Assembly: GCA_963816355.1 (NCBI GenBank)
Contig: CAWFKH010000006.1
Span: 160,001-224,000, forward strand
DNA length: 64,000 nucleotides
Reading direction: 5' to 3'
From: an uncultured Gemmatimonadales bacterium
Lineage (GTDB): Bacteria; Gemmatimonadota; Gemmatimonadetes; Longimicrobiales; RSA9
Of the stretch, positions 41,445-51,347 are shown piece after piece; positions within the stretch are counted from its first letter, which is position 1, and every line of letters starts with the position of its first letter. The notes beneath the pieces are model-generated. The model was not told where the DNA came from and ran no database searches. It saw nothing but the letters and a program-made list of their open reading frames with translations. Both the position numbers and the translations under genes were made by a program.

Positions 41445-43867
41445 ACCGCTTCCTGTGCGTCCACGGCCATTTCTATCAGCCGCCGCGGGAGAATCCGTGG
41501 CTGGAGTCGATCGAACGGCAGGAATCCGCCTCGCCGTACCACGACTGGAACGAGCGTATCACGGCGGAGAGCTATGCGCCGAACGGAGCGTCGCGGATCC
41601 TCGACGAGCGCGGCCGCATCGTGCGGATCGTCAACAACTATGAGCGGATCAGCTTCAACTACGGCCCCACGCTGCTGGCGTGGCTGGAGGCGAACGCGGC
41701 GGACACGTACGCCCGGATCGTGGAGGCGGACGCGTCGAGCCAGGCGCGTTTCGGCGGCCACGGCTCCGCGCTCGCGCAGGCGTACAACCACATGATCCTG
41801 CCGCTGGCGAACGATCGCGACGTGCACACGCAGGTGTCGTGGGGCGTGGCGGATTTTCGGCAGCGCTTCGGCCGCGAGCCGGAAGGAATGTGGCTGCCGG
41901 AGACGGCGGTGGACGTGCGCTCGCTCGAGGCGCTGGCGGCGCACGGGATCCGCTTCACGATCCTGGAGCCGGGGCAGGCGCGGCGCGTGCGCCTGCTCGG
42001 CGGCGGCGCATGGGAAGACGTGAGCGGGGGGCGCATCGATCCCACGCGGCCCTACCTGCAGCGGCTGCCGTCGGGCCGGGAGATCGTCCTGTTCTTCTAC
42101 GACGGACCGATTTCGCGGGGCGTCGCGTTCGAGCGGCTGCTGAGCAACGGCGAGCGCTTCGCGGGCCGGCTGCTCGGCGCGTTCCGGGCGGACCAGGGGC
42201 GGCCGCAGCTCGTCCACATCGCGACGGACGGCGAGACGTACGGACACCACCACCGCCACGGCGAGATGGCGCTCGCGTTCGCGCTGGCGCAGATCGAACG
42301 TCGACCGGACGTCGAGCTGACGAACTACGGCGAGTACCTCGAGCGGCACCCGCCGGAGCACGAGGTGGAGATCGTGGAGGGGACGTCGTGGAGCTGTGCC
42401 CACGGCGTCGAGCGGTGGCGCTCCGACTGCGGGTGTCATACCGGCGGCGAGGCGGGGTGGAACCAGGCGTGGCGGGCGCCGCTGCGGGAGGCGCTCGACT
42501 GGCTTCGCGACGCGCTCGTGCCGCGCTACGAGCGCTTCGCAGGTCGCCTGTTCACGGACCCGTGGGGGGCGCGCGACGCCTACATCCACGTCATCCTCGA
42601 CCGCTCGGCCGCGTCGCTCGACCGCTTCTTCGCGGGCCAGCAGCGCAGCGAGCTCGGCGAGGCGGAGCGGGTGCAGGCGCTGAAGCTGCTCGAGCTGCAG
42701 CGCCACGCGATGCTGATGTTCACGAGCTGCGGCTGGTTCTTCAACGAGCTGTCCGGCATCGAGACGGTTCAGGTGATGCAGTACGCCGGGCGCGTCGTCC
42801 AGCTTGCGCACGAGCTCTTCGAGGTGCACGTCGAGGAGGGGTTCCTCGAGCGGCTCGCGCGGGCGCAGAGCAACATCCCGGACGAAGGCAGCGGCCGCGA
42901 CGTCTACGACCGGCGGGTGCGGCCGGCGGCGGTCGATCTGGCGAAGGTCGCGGCGCACCACGCGGTGCTGTCGCTCTTCGAGCCGCCGGACGAACGCGAC
43001 CACGTCTACTGCTACGACGTTCGCGTGCTCGACCGCTCGGACCAGGAGTCGGGGCGGGCGCACATGGAGTTGAGCCGCGTTTCCGTACGCAGCGAGATCA
43101 CGCTCGAGTCGCTCGAAGTGAGCTGCGCGGCGGTGCACTTCGGGGACCACAACGTGTACGGCGGGGTGCGCACGTTCAGCGGCGACGAGGCGTACCGGAA
43201 GCTGATGGCGGACGTGGTGGCGGCGTTCCGGAAGTCCGACTTCCCGGCGCTCGTGCGCGGCATCGATCAGGCGTTCGGCGGCGCGACGTACTCGCTCGGC
43301 ACGCTCTTCCGGGACGAGCAGTATCGCATCCTGCAGCTCCTGCTGGCGGACCAGGTGGTCGAGACGGAGCAGGTGTACGAGCGCATCTACAAGAACCGCA
43401 CGCCGCTGATGCGCTTCATCGCGGGGCTGGGCTTCCCGCAGCCGCCGGTGTTCCGCACCACGGCGGAGCTGGTGCTGAACGGGCGTCTGCGCACGCTGCT
43501 GCAGCGAGCGTCGGTCGACGCGCGGCAGGTGGGCGAGGTGCTCGAGGAGGCGCGCATGGCGGACGTCGTCCTCGACGCGCCGGGTCTCGGCTTCGCCTTC
43601 ACGGGGACGCTGGACACGCTGGCGGAGCGGCTCGAGGCGGCGCCGCAGTCGGCGCAGCTTCTGGAGCGGTTGGAGGGGCTGGTCGAGCTGGCGGGGTCGC
43701 TGCCGTTCGAGGTGCGGCTGTGGCAACTGCAGAACGCGGTGTACCTGCTGCGCGAGGAGGAGCTTCCGGAGCTGGGCGCCCGCGCGGCCGCGGGCGACGC
43801 TGCCGCGGCCGCGTGGGTCGAGCGTTTCCGCAGCGTCGCCGAAGGCGTCGGCGTCGCGGTCGACTGA
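41441..43867 (+). CDS. GH57-family / DUF3536 domain protein
   Basis: HGHFYQPPRENPW, YNHMILPL, GMWLPETAV, ATDGETYGHH, SWSCAHGVERW and MFTSCGWFF. Confidence 0.92.
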   Translation: MNRFLCVHGHFYQPPRENPWLESIERQESASPYHDWNERITAESYAPNGASRILDERGRIVRIVNNYERISFNYGPTLLAWLEANAADTYARIVEADASSQARFGGHGSALAQAYNHMILPLANDRDVHTQVSWGVADFRQRFGREPEGMWLPETAVDVRSLEALAAHGIRFTILEPGQARRVRLLGGGAWEDVSGGRIDPTRPYLQRLPSGREIVLFFYDGPISRGVAFERLLSNGERFAGRLLGAFRADQGRPQLVHIATDGETYGHHHRHGEMALAFALAQIERRPDVELTNYGEYLERHPPEHEVEIVEGTSWSCAHGVERWRSDCGCHTGGEAGWNQAWRAPLREALDWLRDALVPRYERFAGRLFTDPWGARDAYIHVILDRSAASLDRFFAGQQRSELGEAERVQALKLLELQRHAMLMFTSCGWFFNELSGIETVQVMQYAGRVVQLAHELFEVHVEEGFLERLARAQSNIPDEGSGRDVYDRRVRPAAVDLAKVAAHHAVLSLFEPPDERDHVYCYDVRVLDRSDQESGRAHMELSRVSVRSEITLESLEVSCAAVHFGDHNVYGGVRTFSGDEAYRKLMADVVAAFRKSDFPALVRGIDQAFGGATYSLGTLFRDEQYRILQLLLADQVVETEQVYERIYKNRTPLMRFIAGLGFPQPPVFRTTAELVLNGRLRTLLQRASVDARQVGEVLEEARMADVVLDAPGLGFAFTGTLDTLAERLEAAPQSAQLLERLEGLVELAGSLPFEVRLWQLQNAVYLLREEELPELGARAAAGDAAAAAWVERFRSVAEGVGVAVD

Positions 43868-43870
43868 GCG

Positions 43871-46852
43871 ATGCGCGCGCCCACTTCGACCTACCGGCTG
43901 CAGCTCCGGGAAACGCTGCCGCTCGACCGCGCGCGCGAGCTGCTGCCGTACCTGGACGCGCTCGGCGTCGACTGGCTCTACCTGTCGCCGCTGCTGCAGG
44001 CGCGGCCGGGGAGCGCGCACGGCTACGACGTCGTCGATCCGACGCGCGTCGCGAGCGGACTCGGCGGCGATGCGGCGCTCGTGGCGCTGTCGCGGGCGGC
44101 GCGCGCGCGAGGCATGGGCCTGCTCGTGGACGTCGTGACGAACCACATGGCGGCCGACGAGCGCAATCCGTGGTGGCGCGACGTCCTCGAGCACGGCCGC
44201 AGCTCCGCCTACGCCCGCTTCTTCGACATCGACTGGCGCCCGCCGGGCGACCCGGTACGGGACCGGCTGCTCCTCCCCGTGCTGGGCGACCGCTACGCGC
44301 GCGTGCTGGAGGCGGGCGAGTTGGGCATCGCGCTCGCGGAGGACCGGCTGGAGGTGCGTTACGGTGAACGCGCGCTGCCACTCGAGCCGGCTTCGTGGGG
44401 GCGCGTGATCGCCGCCGCGGCGGAGGGCGGGGCTCCTCGCGAGGCGAGCGCCGCGGCGACGCTGCGGACGCTCGCCTCCGGCTTCGCCTCGCTGCCGCCG
44501 CACGACACGACGGACCCCGCGGCGGCCGCGGCGCGGCGCGATCTGACCGCGCGCATGAAGGCACGCTTCGCGGCCGCGCTGCGCGACATCCCCGGCGTGC
44601 GCCTCGCCATCGAGGAGGCGCTCGCGGGGCTGGCCGGACGGCCGGGTGAGCCGGCCACGTTCACCGCGCTGGACGCGCTGCTCTCCGCCCAGCCATACCT
44701 CCTGGTGCACTGGCGGATCGCGGCGCCCGAGATCAACTACCGGCGCTTCTTCGACATCGCCGATCTCGTCGGCGTGCGGCTGGAGGAGCCCGCCGTCTTC
44801 GCCGCGCTGCACGAGCGCATCCTTGAGTGGCTCGCCGGCGGGCTGGTCGCGGGGCTGCGCATCGACCACGTGGACGGCCTCCTCGACCCCGCCGGCTACC
44901 TCGACCGGCTGCGCGAGGCCGCGGGCGCGGAGCCGTACATCGTCGTCGAGAAGATCCTGACGGGCGAGGAGACGTTGCCGGCGGAGTGGCCGGTGGCGGG
45001 AACGACCGGCTACGACTTCCTGACCCTGGTGAGCGGCGCGCTGGTGCTGCCGGCGGGTCTGGAGCGGCTGCAGCGCGCCTACGACGCGTTCCGCGGCGGC
45101 GCGCGGCCGTTCGCGACGGTGGAGTACGAGAAGCAGCGGCAGGTGATCCGCCTGCATTTCGCGGCGGAGCTGCGCGCGCTGGCGCTGCGGCTGACGCGGA
45201 TCGCGCGCGCGTCGCGGTTCGGCCGCGATGCGCCCGCCCGCCAGCTCGAGCAAGCGATCGTCGAGGTCACCGCCTGCCTGCCGGTCTATCGGACGTACAC
45301 GGTGGGCGCCGTCTCGCGGCGCGACCGCGCGGTAGTCGAGAGGGCCGTCGGCGCGGCGCGCGCGCGCAATCCGGCGGTCGACGACGTCGCCTACGAGGTG
45401 CTGCGGCGCGTGCTGCTGCTCGACCTGCCGTCCGACGCCGACGAGGCGACGCGGGCGGAGTGGATCGCGTTCGTGCTGCACTGGCAGCAGCTCTCCGGGC
45501 CGGTGATGGCGAAAGGCGTCGAGGACACCTCGCTCTACCTGTTCAACACGTTGCTCTCGCTCAACGACGTCGGCGGAGATCCGGGCGCCGGCGCGCTCGC
45601 TCCGGCGGACCTCCACGCGCGGCTCGCGGCGCGGGGCCGCGAGTGGCCCGCCACGATGAACGCGGCTTCGACGCACGACGCCAAGCGGAGCGAGGACGTC
45701 CGCGCGCGTCTCCACGCGCTGACGGAGGTGCCGGGTGCGTGGGCGGCGGTGCTCGAGCGGTGGCGCGGCTGGAACGCATGGGCGCGGGCGGAGGGCAGGA
45801 GCGGCGCGGCCCCGGACGCGGACGAGGAGGTGCTGCTCTATCAGACGCTGCTGGGGGCGTGGCCGCTGGACGATGGCGAGCGCGCGGGCTTCGGCGAGCG
45901 CGTGCGCGCCTACCTGGTGAAGGCGGCGCGCGAGGCGAAGCGCAACACGAGCTGGCTCGAGCCGGACGAGGCGTACGAGCGGGACCTGGTCGCGTTCGCG
46001 GACGCCGTTCTCGACCCCTCGCGCGGCTCTGCTTTCCTCCCCGACTTCCTCGCCGTTCACGAGCGGCTCGCCGCCGCCGGCGCGGTGAACTCGCTCGCCC
46101 AGCTCGCGCTGCGGCTCGGCGCGCCCGGCGTCACCGACGTCTATCAGGGCACCGAGCTGTGGAACTTCTCGCTGGTCGATCCGGACAACCGGCGCCCGGT
46201 CGACTTCGGAGCGCGCGCGAACCGACTCGCCGTGCTCGACGACGCGGCCGACGCGCTCGCTGCCGCGCGAGACGCCATCCGTCACTGGCGGGACGGCACG
46301 GTGAAGCTGCTCGTGCTGCGGGCGGGACTGCGCCTGCGGCGCGAGCGGCCCGGCTTGTTCGTGGGCGGCGACTACCTCCCGCTCGAGGTCGTGGCCGGGG
46401 ATGGCGGAGGAGAGGTGGAGCAGGAGGTGGAGCAGGAGGTGCTCCCGCCGCCGGACGAACGGGTCATCGCGTTCGCGCGGCGGAGCGGTTCGAAGTGGCT
46501 GGTGACGGCCGTCCCGCGGGGCGTCGCGTGCACGCTGGGTGCGCGGCTCCGGGCGCTCGCGGCGGGCGCGGAGGGAGAGCGGGAGCGCGCGGCCGCGGCG
46601 GAGGATCGCGCGGCGTCCCGCACCGGCGGAGACGCGGTGGCGTGGCAGGCGTCCGGATTCGCCGCCGCGGGTCCGCTCGCCGGCCTGGCGCTGCGCCTGC
46701 CCACGGGCGCGCCGGCGCGGTGGCGCGACGCCGCGAGCGGCCGTGAGGTGGTCGCGGCCACGGGCGGCGCCAGGGGGCCGCTGCTGCCGGCGGCGGCCGT
46801 GTTCGATCCGCTTCCGGTGGCGCTGCTCGTGGGGACGGGGTCGGCAGAGTAG
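43871..46852 (+). CDS. treY: Malto-oligosyltrehalose synthase
   Basis: STYRLQ, GSAHGYDV, NYRRFF, LRIDHVDGL, MAKGVEDT, THDAKR and SLVDPDNRRPVD. Confidence 0.95.
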   Translation: MRAPTSTYRLQLRETLPLDRARELLPYLDALGVDWLYLSPLLQARPGSAHGYDVVDPTRVASGLGGDAALVALSRAARARGMGLLVDVVTNHMAADERNPWWRDVLEHGRSSAYARFFDIDWRPPGDPVRDRLLLPVLGDRYARVLEAGELGIALAEDRLEVRYGERALPLEPASWGRVIAAAAEGGAPREASAAATLRTLASGFASLPPHDTTDPAAAAARRDLTARMKARFAAALRDIPGVRLAIEEALAGLAGRPGEPATFTALDALLSAQPYLLVHWRIAAPEINYRRFFDIADLVGVRLEEPAVFAALHERILEWLAGGLVAGLRIDHVDGLLDPAGYLDRLREAAGAEPYIVVEKILTGEETLPAEWPVAGTTGYDFLTLVSGALVLPAGLERLQRAYDAFRGGARPFATVEYEKQRQVIRLHFAAELRALALRLTRIARASRFGRDAPARQLEQAIVEVTACLPVYRTYTVGAVSRRDRAVVERAVGAARARNPAVDDVAYEVLRRVLLLDLPSDADEATRAEWIAFVLHWQQLSGPVMAKGVEDTSLYLFNTLLSLNDVGGDPGAGALAPADLHARLAARGREWPATMNAASTHDAKRSEDVRARLHALTEVPGAWAAVLERWRGWNAWARAEGRSGAAPDADEEVLLYQTLLGAWPLDDGERAGFGERVRAYLVKAAREAKRNTSWLEPDEAYERDLVAFADAVLDPSRGSAFLPDFLAVHERLAAAGAVNSLAQLALRLGAPGVTDVYQGTELWNFSLVDPDNRRPVDFGARANRLAVLDDAADALAAARDAIRHWRDGTVKLLVLRAGLRLRRERPGLFVGGDYLPLEVVAGDGGGEVEQEVEQEVLPPPDERVIAFARRSGSKWLVTAVPRGVACTLGARLRALAAGAEGERERAAAAEDRAASRTGGDAVAWQASGFAAAGPLAGLALRLPTGAPARWRDAASGREVVAATGGARGPLLPAAAVFDPLPVALLVGTGSAE

Positions 46853-46949
46853 GCGGAGCGCCGCTCCTCGCCGCGGCCGGCGCGGGAGCCGAGGGGATCG
46901 GGGGTCCTCGGGTGCCGGGGCGGTCGCGGGTTCCCGGGTGCCGGAGCGA

Positions 46950-48716
46950 TCAGGCGTTATCGGCCTCCGGGTCGGCCTCGGCTGCGGTGCCACGTCCCGC
47001 CGCCTGCGGTCCCGCGGGCTCCTCCTCGGTCGGCTCCCTCCGCGGCGCGTGGGCCTCGGGGCCGGCGGGGCCGCTCTTCATCGGCACGCGCACGGTGAAG
47101 GTGCTTCCCCGGTCGATCTCGCTCTCGACGTCGAGGGAGCCGCCCAGAAGTTGGGTGAGCCCGCGGGAGACGCTGAGGCCCAGGCCGGTCCCGCCCGCCT
47201 GCCGTGTGGAGGCGCTCTCGACCTGCCAGAACGCTTCGAAGATTGAGCGCTGGTGCTCGCGCGCGATGCCGATGCCGGTGTCGGCGATGGTGAAGACGGC
47301 GTCGTCGCCCTCGATGCGTGCGGCGAGGCGGACGCTGCCGCGCCGCGTGAACTTGACCGCGTTCGAGACGAGGTTGAGCAGGATCTGGCGGAGCTTGCCG
47401 TCGTCGATTTCGAGCAGTGCATCCCCGTCCCGGATGTCGACGCGGAAGTCGAGATTCTTGTCGCGCGCAAGCGGCTCCGCGATCGCGACGACGTCGCGGA
47501 CGAGCCGGCCGAGCGCGATGCGTCCAAGGTGGAGCTGCTCGCGGCCCGCCTCCATGCGGGCGAAGGCGAGGATCTCCTCGATGATCTGCAGCAGGTGGCG
47601 CGCGCTCGCGTTGATGCGGCGGACATGGTCCTGCTGCTTGTCGGAGACGGTGCCGGCGATGCCCGCGAGCAGGATCTCGGCGTAGCCCATGATCGCGTTG
47701 AGCGGCGTGCGCAGCTCGTGCGAGACGACGGCGAGGAAGTCGGACTTGGCCTGGTTGGCAGCGACGGCGGCGCGGTAGAGGCGGGTGTTCTGGATCGCCT
47801 GCGCGGCGCGATTGGCGACGTCGCGCGCGAGCAGCATGTCGTGGACGTCGAAACCGCGTTCGGCGCACACGAAGACGATGGCGCCGAGCATCTCGCCGCG
47901 GGCGACGATCGGGACGGCCATGACGGAGTCGGTGCCGAGGCGGCGGAGCAGGTCGAGGTGGTCCGGGTCCAGAGCGTCGACGTCGAACTCCTCGGCGAAG
48001 CGCTCGAAGAGGAGGGAATCGCCGCCGACGATGGCGCGGCTGGAGGGGTGGGGCGCGTCGAAGGTCGGGGGAAAGAGGCGCCCGAGGTCGTGCAGCAGGG
48101 CGATCTTGTCGGCATCCCGGTGGGTGGCGGCGACGCGGTGGATGCGGCCCTCCTCGACGACGTCGACGACGACCCAGTCGCCCATGTGGGGCACGAGGTG
48201 CTCGGCGAGCGTGTTGAGGGTCGCCTCGTAGTCGAGGGAGGAGTCGAGGACCGCGCTGAGGCGGGCGAGGAAGCGGGCGCGCTGCTCGGCGCGCTCGGCG
48301 TTCTCGCGGGCGGCGCGCTCGCGGATGAGGCGGCGGTCCTGTTCCTCGGCCCGCTTGCGGTCGGTGGTGTCGCGCAGCGTCACGAGGCGCGCCGGTGCGC
48401 CCTCCCACATCGTGTCGGAGACACGCAGCTCCGCGACGGCGCCGTGGCCGCCGTCGACGTCGGCGTTGAGGAGGTCGATCTCGGTCGTCTCGCCGGTCAC
48501 GGCGGGGAAGCCGAACGGTTCGCCGACGAGCCGGTCGGCGGGGCGGCCGAAGAGGCGTTCGGCCGCCGGATTCACGAAGAGGACGGTGCCGTCCTCGCCG
48601 AGGATGACGATGCCGTCCGCCGTGCGCTGGAAGATGCTGCGGAATCTGGCTTCGCTCTGTTCGAGCTCGGCTTCGACGGCGCGCAGTCTGGCGAGGAGCT
48701 CAGTGGCCCGGTCCAT
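46950..48716 (-). CDS. PAS/GAF sensor histidine kinase (start 48716 or 48734)
   Basis: PAS (FVNPAAERLFG), GAF, H-box SHELRTPLNAI, N-box NLVSNAVKF, DTGIGI and GGTGLGL. Overlaps the end of kaiC. Confidence 0.95.
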   Translation of the reverse strand: MDRATELLARLRAVEAELEQSEARFRSIFQRTADGIVILGEDGTVLFVNPAAERLFGRPADRLVGEPFGFPAVTGETTEIDLLNADVDGGHGAVAELRVSDTMWEGAPARLVTLRDTTDRKRAEEQDRRLIRERAARENAERAEQRARFLARLSAVLDSSLDYEATLNTLAEHLVPHMGDWVVVDVVEEGRIHRVAATHRDADKIALLHDLGRLFPPTFDAPHPSSRAIVGGDSLLFERFAEEFDVDALDPDHLDLLRRLGTDSVMAVPIVARGEMLGAIVFVCAERGFDVHDMLLARDVANRAAQAIQNTRLYRAAVAANQAKSDFLAVVSHELRTPLNAIMGYAEILLAGIAGTVSDKQQDHVRRINASARHLLQIIEEILAFARMEAGREQLHLGRIALGRLVRDVVAIAEPLARDKNLDFRVDIRDGDALLEIDDGKLRQILLNLVSNAVKFTRRGSVRLAARIEGDDAVFTIADTGIGIAREHQRSIFEAFWQVESASTRQAGGTGLGLSVSRGLTQLLGGSLDVESEIDRGSTFTVRVPMKSGPAGPEAHAPRREPTEEEPAGPQAAGRGTAAEADPEADNA

Positions 48717-50289
48717 CGGCGGGTCTGACGGCATCGCTCTGGGAGGAGGCGGCCGCCTCGGCGGGGAGTGTGGGCCGATCCCCGTCGCGATCCTCGTTGA
48801 CGACGTCCAGCTCCGGCGCGGCGAGCATCGCGCCGGTGCCGAGGATTCCGGTGAGGCGGGCGAAGCGGCCGCGGACGTGCATTCCACGGCCGGTGATCGT
48901 GAACTCGCGGATCTCCTTCTCGTGCCAGGAGCCCCGCATCTTCAGGACGGTGACGCCGCGCTTCATCGTGCCGAAGCTCTCGACGTAGCGCAGCAGCAGG
49001 ATCGTGTCGGTGAGCGTGGAGATGTGCTTCTCGGTGATCGACGCTCCGCCGGAGAGCGAGGGAGTGGTCGAGGTGAAGAGGCCGGCGATCTGCTGCTGCT
49101 TGATGAACGACGTCAGGTTGATGACGAACTCGCGGAAGATCCGCTGGGGCGCGACGCGCTCGAGGGCGGAGAGGCTGTCGATCGCCACGCGGTGGGGCTG
49201 AAAGTCGGCGATCTCGCGGCGCATCCGCAGGAGGTGTTCCTCCACCGTGAGGGAGTGCGGGTAGTCGGTGAGGATGCGGAGGCGACCTTCCTCTTCCATC
49301 GCCTGGAAGTCGACTCCCCAGCCGGCGGCGTTGCGGTAGAGCTGCTGCCGGCTCTCCTCGTAGGCGAAGAGGAGCGCGCGATCGCCGCCCTCGACGCCGC
49401 GCCCGAGGAACTCGGTGGCGGTGAGCGTCTTGCCCGTCCCGGTCGCGCCGGAGACGAGGATGATCGAGTCGCGGAAGAAGCCACCGCCGCACATCGCGTC
49501 GAGGTCCGCGTTGCCGGAGCTGATGCGCACGTCGGAGGACTGCTGCGTCAGCTTCATGGCGGAGATCGGGATCACCGTGATGCCGTCGTGCGCGTCGACC
49601 GTGAAGGGGAACTCTCCATTCTGATGGCCGGCGCCGCGCACCTTCAGGATCTCGAGCGTGCGACGGCGGCGTTCGTCGACGAGGGCGTGGCGCAGGATCA
49701 CGACGTTGTCCGTCACGAACTCCTCGATGCCGAGGCGCGTGACGGGGCCGGGATCGTCGCTCCGCTCCGCCGTCAGGACGGACGTGACGCCGATCTGCTC
49801 GAGCTGCTCGGTAATGCGGAAGAGCTCGGCGCGCAGGAGGACGCGGTCGTCGAACTGCTCGAAGAGCGCGTTGAGCGAATCGAGCGAGACGCGCTTCGCG
49901 GCGACCTTGCGGATCGCGTTGCCGATGCGGGCGACGAGGCCGCCGAGGTCGAAGTCGCCGACGATCTGCGTCCGCTCGCCGGCGCGCGGCGAGGCGTCGA
50001 CGAAGGCCCACTTGCCGGCCTCCTCCCAGGCGGGGATGTCCCAGCCGAAGCTGGCCATGTTCGCGCGGATGTCCTCGGCCGCGTCCTCGAACGTGATGAA
50101 GACGCCGCCTTCGTCGTAGAGCGCGATGCCGCGGGCGAGGAACTGGGTCGCGAAGACCGTCTTGGCGCTGCCTGCGGTTCCGGCGACGAGCGTGGTCCGG
50201 GCGCGCGGCAGGCCGCCTTCGGCGATGACGTCGAAGCCCTCGATACCGGTAGGGACTTTCTCGATTTGCTTGAGCGGTCGATCCGCCAT
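48700..50289 (-). CDS. kaiC: Circadian clock-like double-domain ATPase KaiC
   Basis: CI Walker A GTAGSAKT, CII GATGTGKT, YEES, phosphosite loop HISTLTDTILLLRYVE and KMRGSWH. Confidence 0.95.
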   Translation of the reverse strand: MADRPLKQIEKVPTGIEGFDVIAEGGLPRARTTLVAGTAGSAKTVFATQFLARGIALYDEGGVFITFEDAAEDIRANMASFGWDIPAWEEAGKWAFVDASPRAGERTQIVGDFDLGGLVARIGNAIRKVAAKRVSLDSLNALFEQFDDRVLLRAELFRITEQLEQIGVTSVLTAERSDDPGPVTRLGIEEFVTDNVVILRHALVDERRRRTLEILKVRGAGHQNGEFPFTVDAHDGITVIPISAMKLTQQSSDVRISSGNADLDAMCGGGFFRDSIILVSGATGTGKTLTATEFLGRGVEGGDRALLFAYEESRQQLYRNAAGWGVDFQAMEEEGRLRILTDYPHSLTVEEHLLRMRREIADFQPHRVAIDSLSALERVAPQRIFREFVINLTSFIKQQQIAGLFTSTTPSLSGGASITEKHISTLTDTILLLRYVESFGTMKRGVTVLKMRGSWHEKEIREFTITGRGMHVRGRFARLTGILGTGAMLAAPELDVVNEDRDGDRPTLPAEAAASSQSDAVRPADGPGH

Positions 50290-50291
50290 GG

Positions 50292-50576
50292 CTACTCCGC
50301 CTCGATCGCTTCGATGGAGAGGGCGTAGAGCACGAGCCGGTCGTCGGAGAGGTCCCCCGTCACGCGCCGCGACGGCTCCGGCTTGTGCTTGACGAGCGTG
50401 GGCGTCGTCAGGATCCGCTCGCTCTCGGCCGCCTCCGGTTGCTCGAGCACGTCGATGACGACGAACTCGCAGTCGTCCCTGAGCGTGTGCACGCAGAGGC
50501 GGCGCAGGTTGCGGATCGCCCGGGCCGAGCGGGTCGTGCGCCCGGAGACGAAAAGCTTGAACGCAAACGTCTTCAT
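50292..50576 (-). CDS. kaiB: KaiB-family protein
   Basis: KLFVSGRT.RS.RAI.NL, IDVLEQP, ILTTPTLVK and RRVTGDLSD. Confidence 0.93.
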   Translation of the reverse strand: MKTFAFKLFVSGRTTRSARAIRNLRRLCVHTLRDDCEFVVIDVLEQPEAAESERILTTPTLVKHKPEPSRRVTGDLSDDRLVLYALSIEAIEAE

Positions 50577-50735
50577 TACATTCCCGTTGTGGGTTCCGAC
50601 CCCGCGTTCGCAAGGAAGGTGCCGGGGAGCGGCTCGGCTTCGCGGGCGCGGCGCGCACGAGCGCTCGCGGCGTGCCCGACACGACGACCGGGTCGCATGC
50701 GCGCGAGTCGTGGCGCCGATGCGGTGGGGATCGCC

Positions 50736-50762
50736 GCAACGCGCCCGTGCTTGCCGGTGTCA
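50736..50762 (+). promoter_or_regulatory. Possible ECF-type promoter (GCAAC-16-GTGTCA) upstream of the ECF sigma gene
   Basis: AAC / GTC elements with ECF-like spacing, about 45 nt before the GTG. Confidence 0.35.
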
Positions 50763-50804
50763 GAGGGGTTGAACGGGCGAGATGAGCCTTCTCGTGGACG
50801 ACGG

Positions 50805-51347
50805 GTGGACGAACGGCAGCTGATCGAACGTGTGCTCGGGGGTGAGCCCGCCGCGGCGCGGGAGCTCTACGACGCGCACGTCGACCGGGTCTATCGACTC
50901 GCGTACCGGCTCGCCGGCGACGGTGATCTCGCGGCGGAGTTCACCCAGGAGAGCTTCATCCGCGCCTTCGACCGGCTGGACCGGTTCCGGGGCGACTCGG
51001 CGCTCGCCACGTGGCTGCACGCGATCACCGTGTCCGTCGCGCTGAACGGGTTGCGCAGCCGCAAGCGGCGCCGCGCACGCCTGGCGCCGCTCGAGGCGGT
51101 GGCGGCGGTCGGCGCCGGCGAGCCGGAGCCGACGCCGCACCTGCGGGAACGACTGAGGCAGGCGATCGACGGTCTGCCGGACCTTTATCGGGTGGTCTTC
51201 GTGATGCACGACGTGGAGGGCTACAAGCACGACGAGATCGCGGCCGTCCTCGGCATCGCGCAGGGGACCTCGAAGGCACGGCTGTCGAGGGCGCGCGCGA
51301 GGCTGCGACAGGATCTGCAGGAGTTCGCCGGGGATTGGGCGCAATGA
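50805..51347 (+). CDS. ECF RNA polymerase sigma factor
   Basis: VYRLAYR, QESFIRAF, FRGDSALATWL, HDVEGYKHDEIA and GTSKARLSRAR. Confidence 0.93.
   Translation: MDERQLIERVLGGEPAAARELYDAHVDRVYRLAYRLAGDGDLAAEFTQESFIRAFDRLDRFRGDSALATWLHAITVSVALNGLRSRKRRRARLAPLEAVAAVGAGEPEPTPHLRERLRQAIDGLPDLYRVVFVMHDVEGYKHDEIAAVLGIAQGTSKARLSRARARLRQDLQEFAGDWAQ

Noticed and set aside
46412..46441. In-frame 12-bp repeat (EVEQEVEQEV) in treY and the AGSAS duplication in the HEAT gene
   Set aside because: These are frame-preserving expansions in probable linker regions with no evidence of function.
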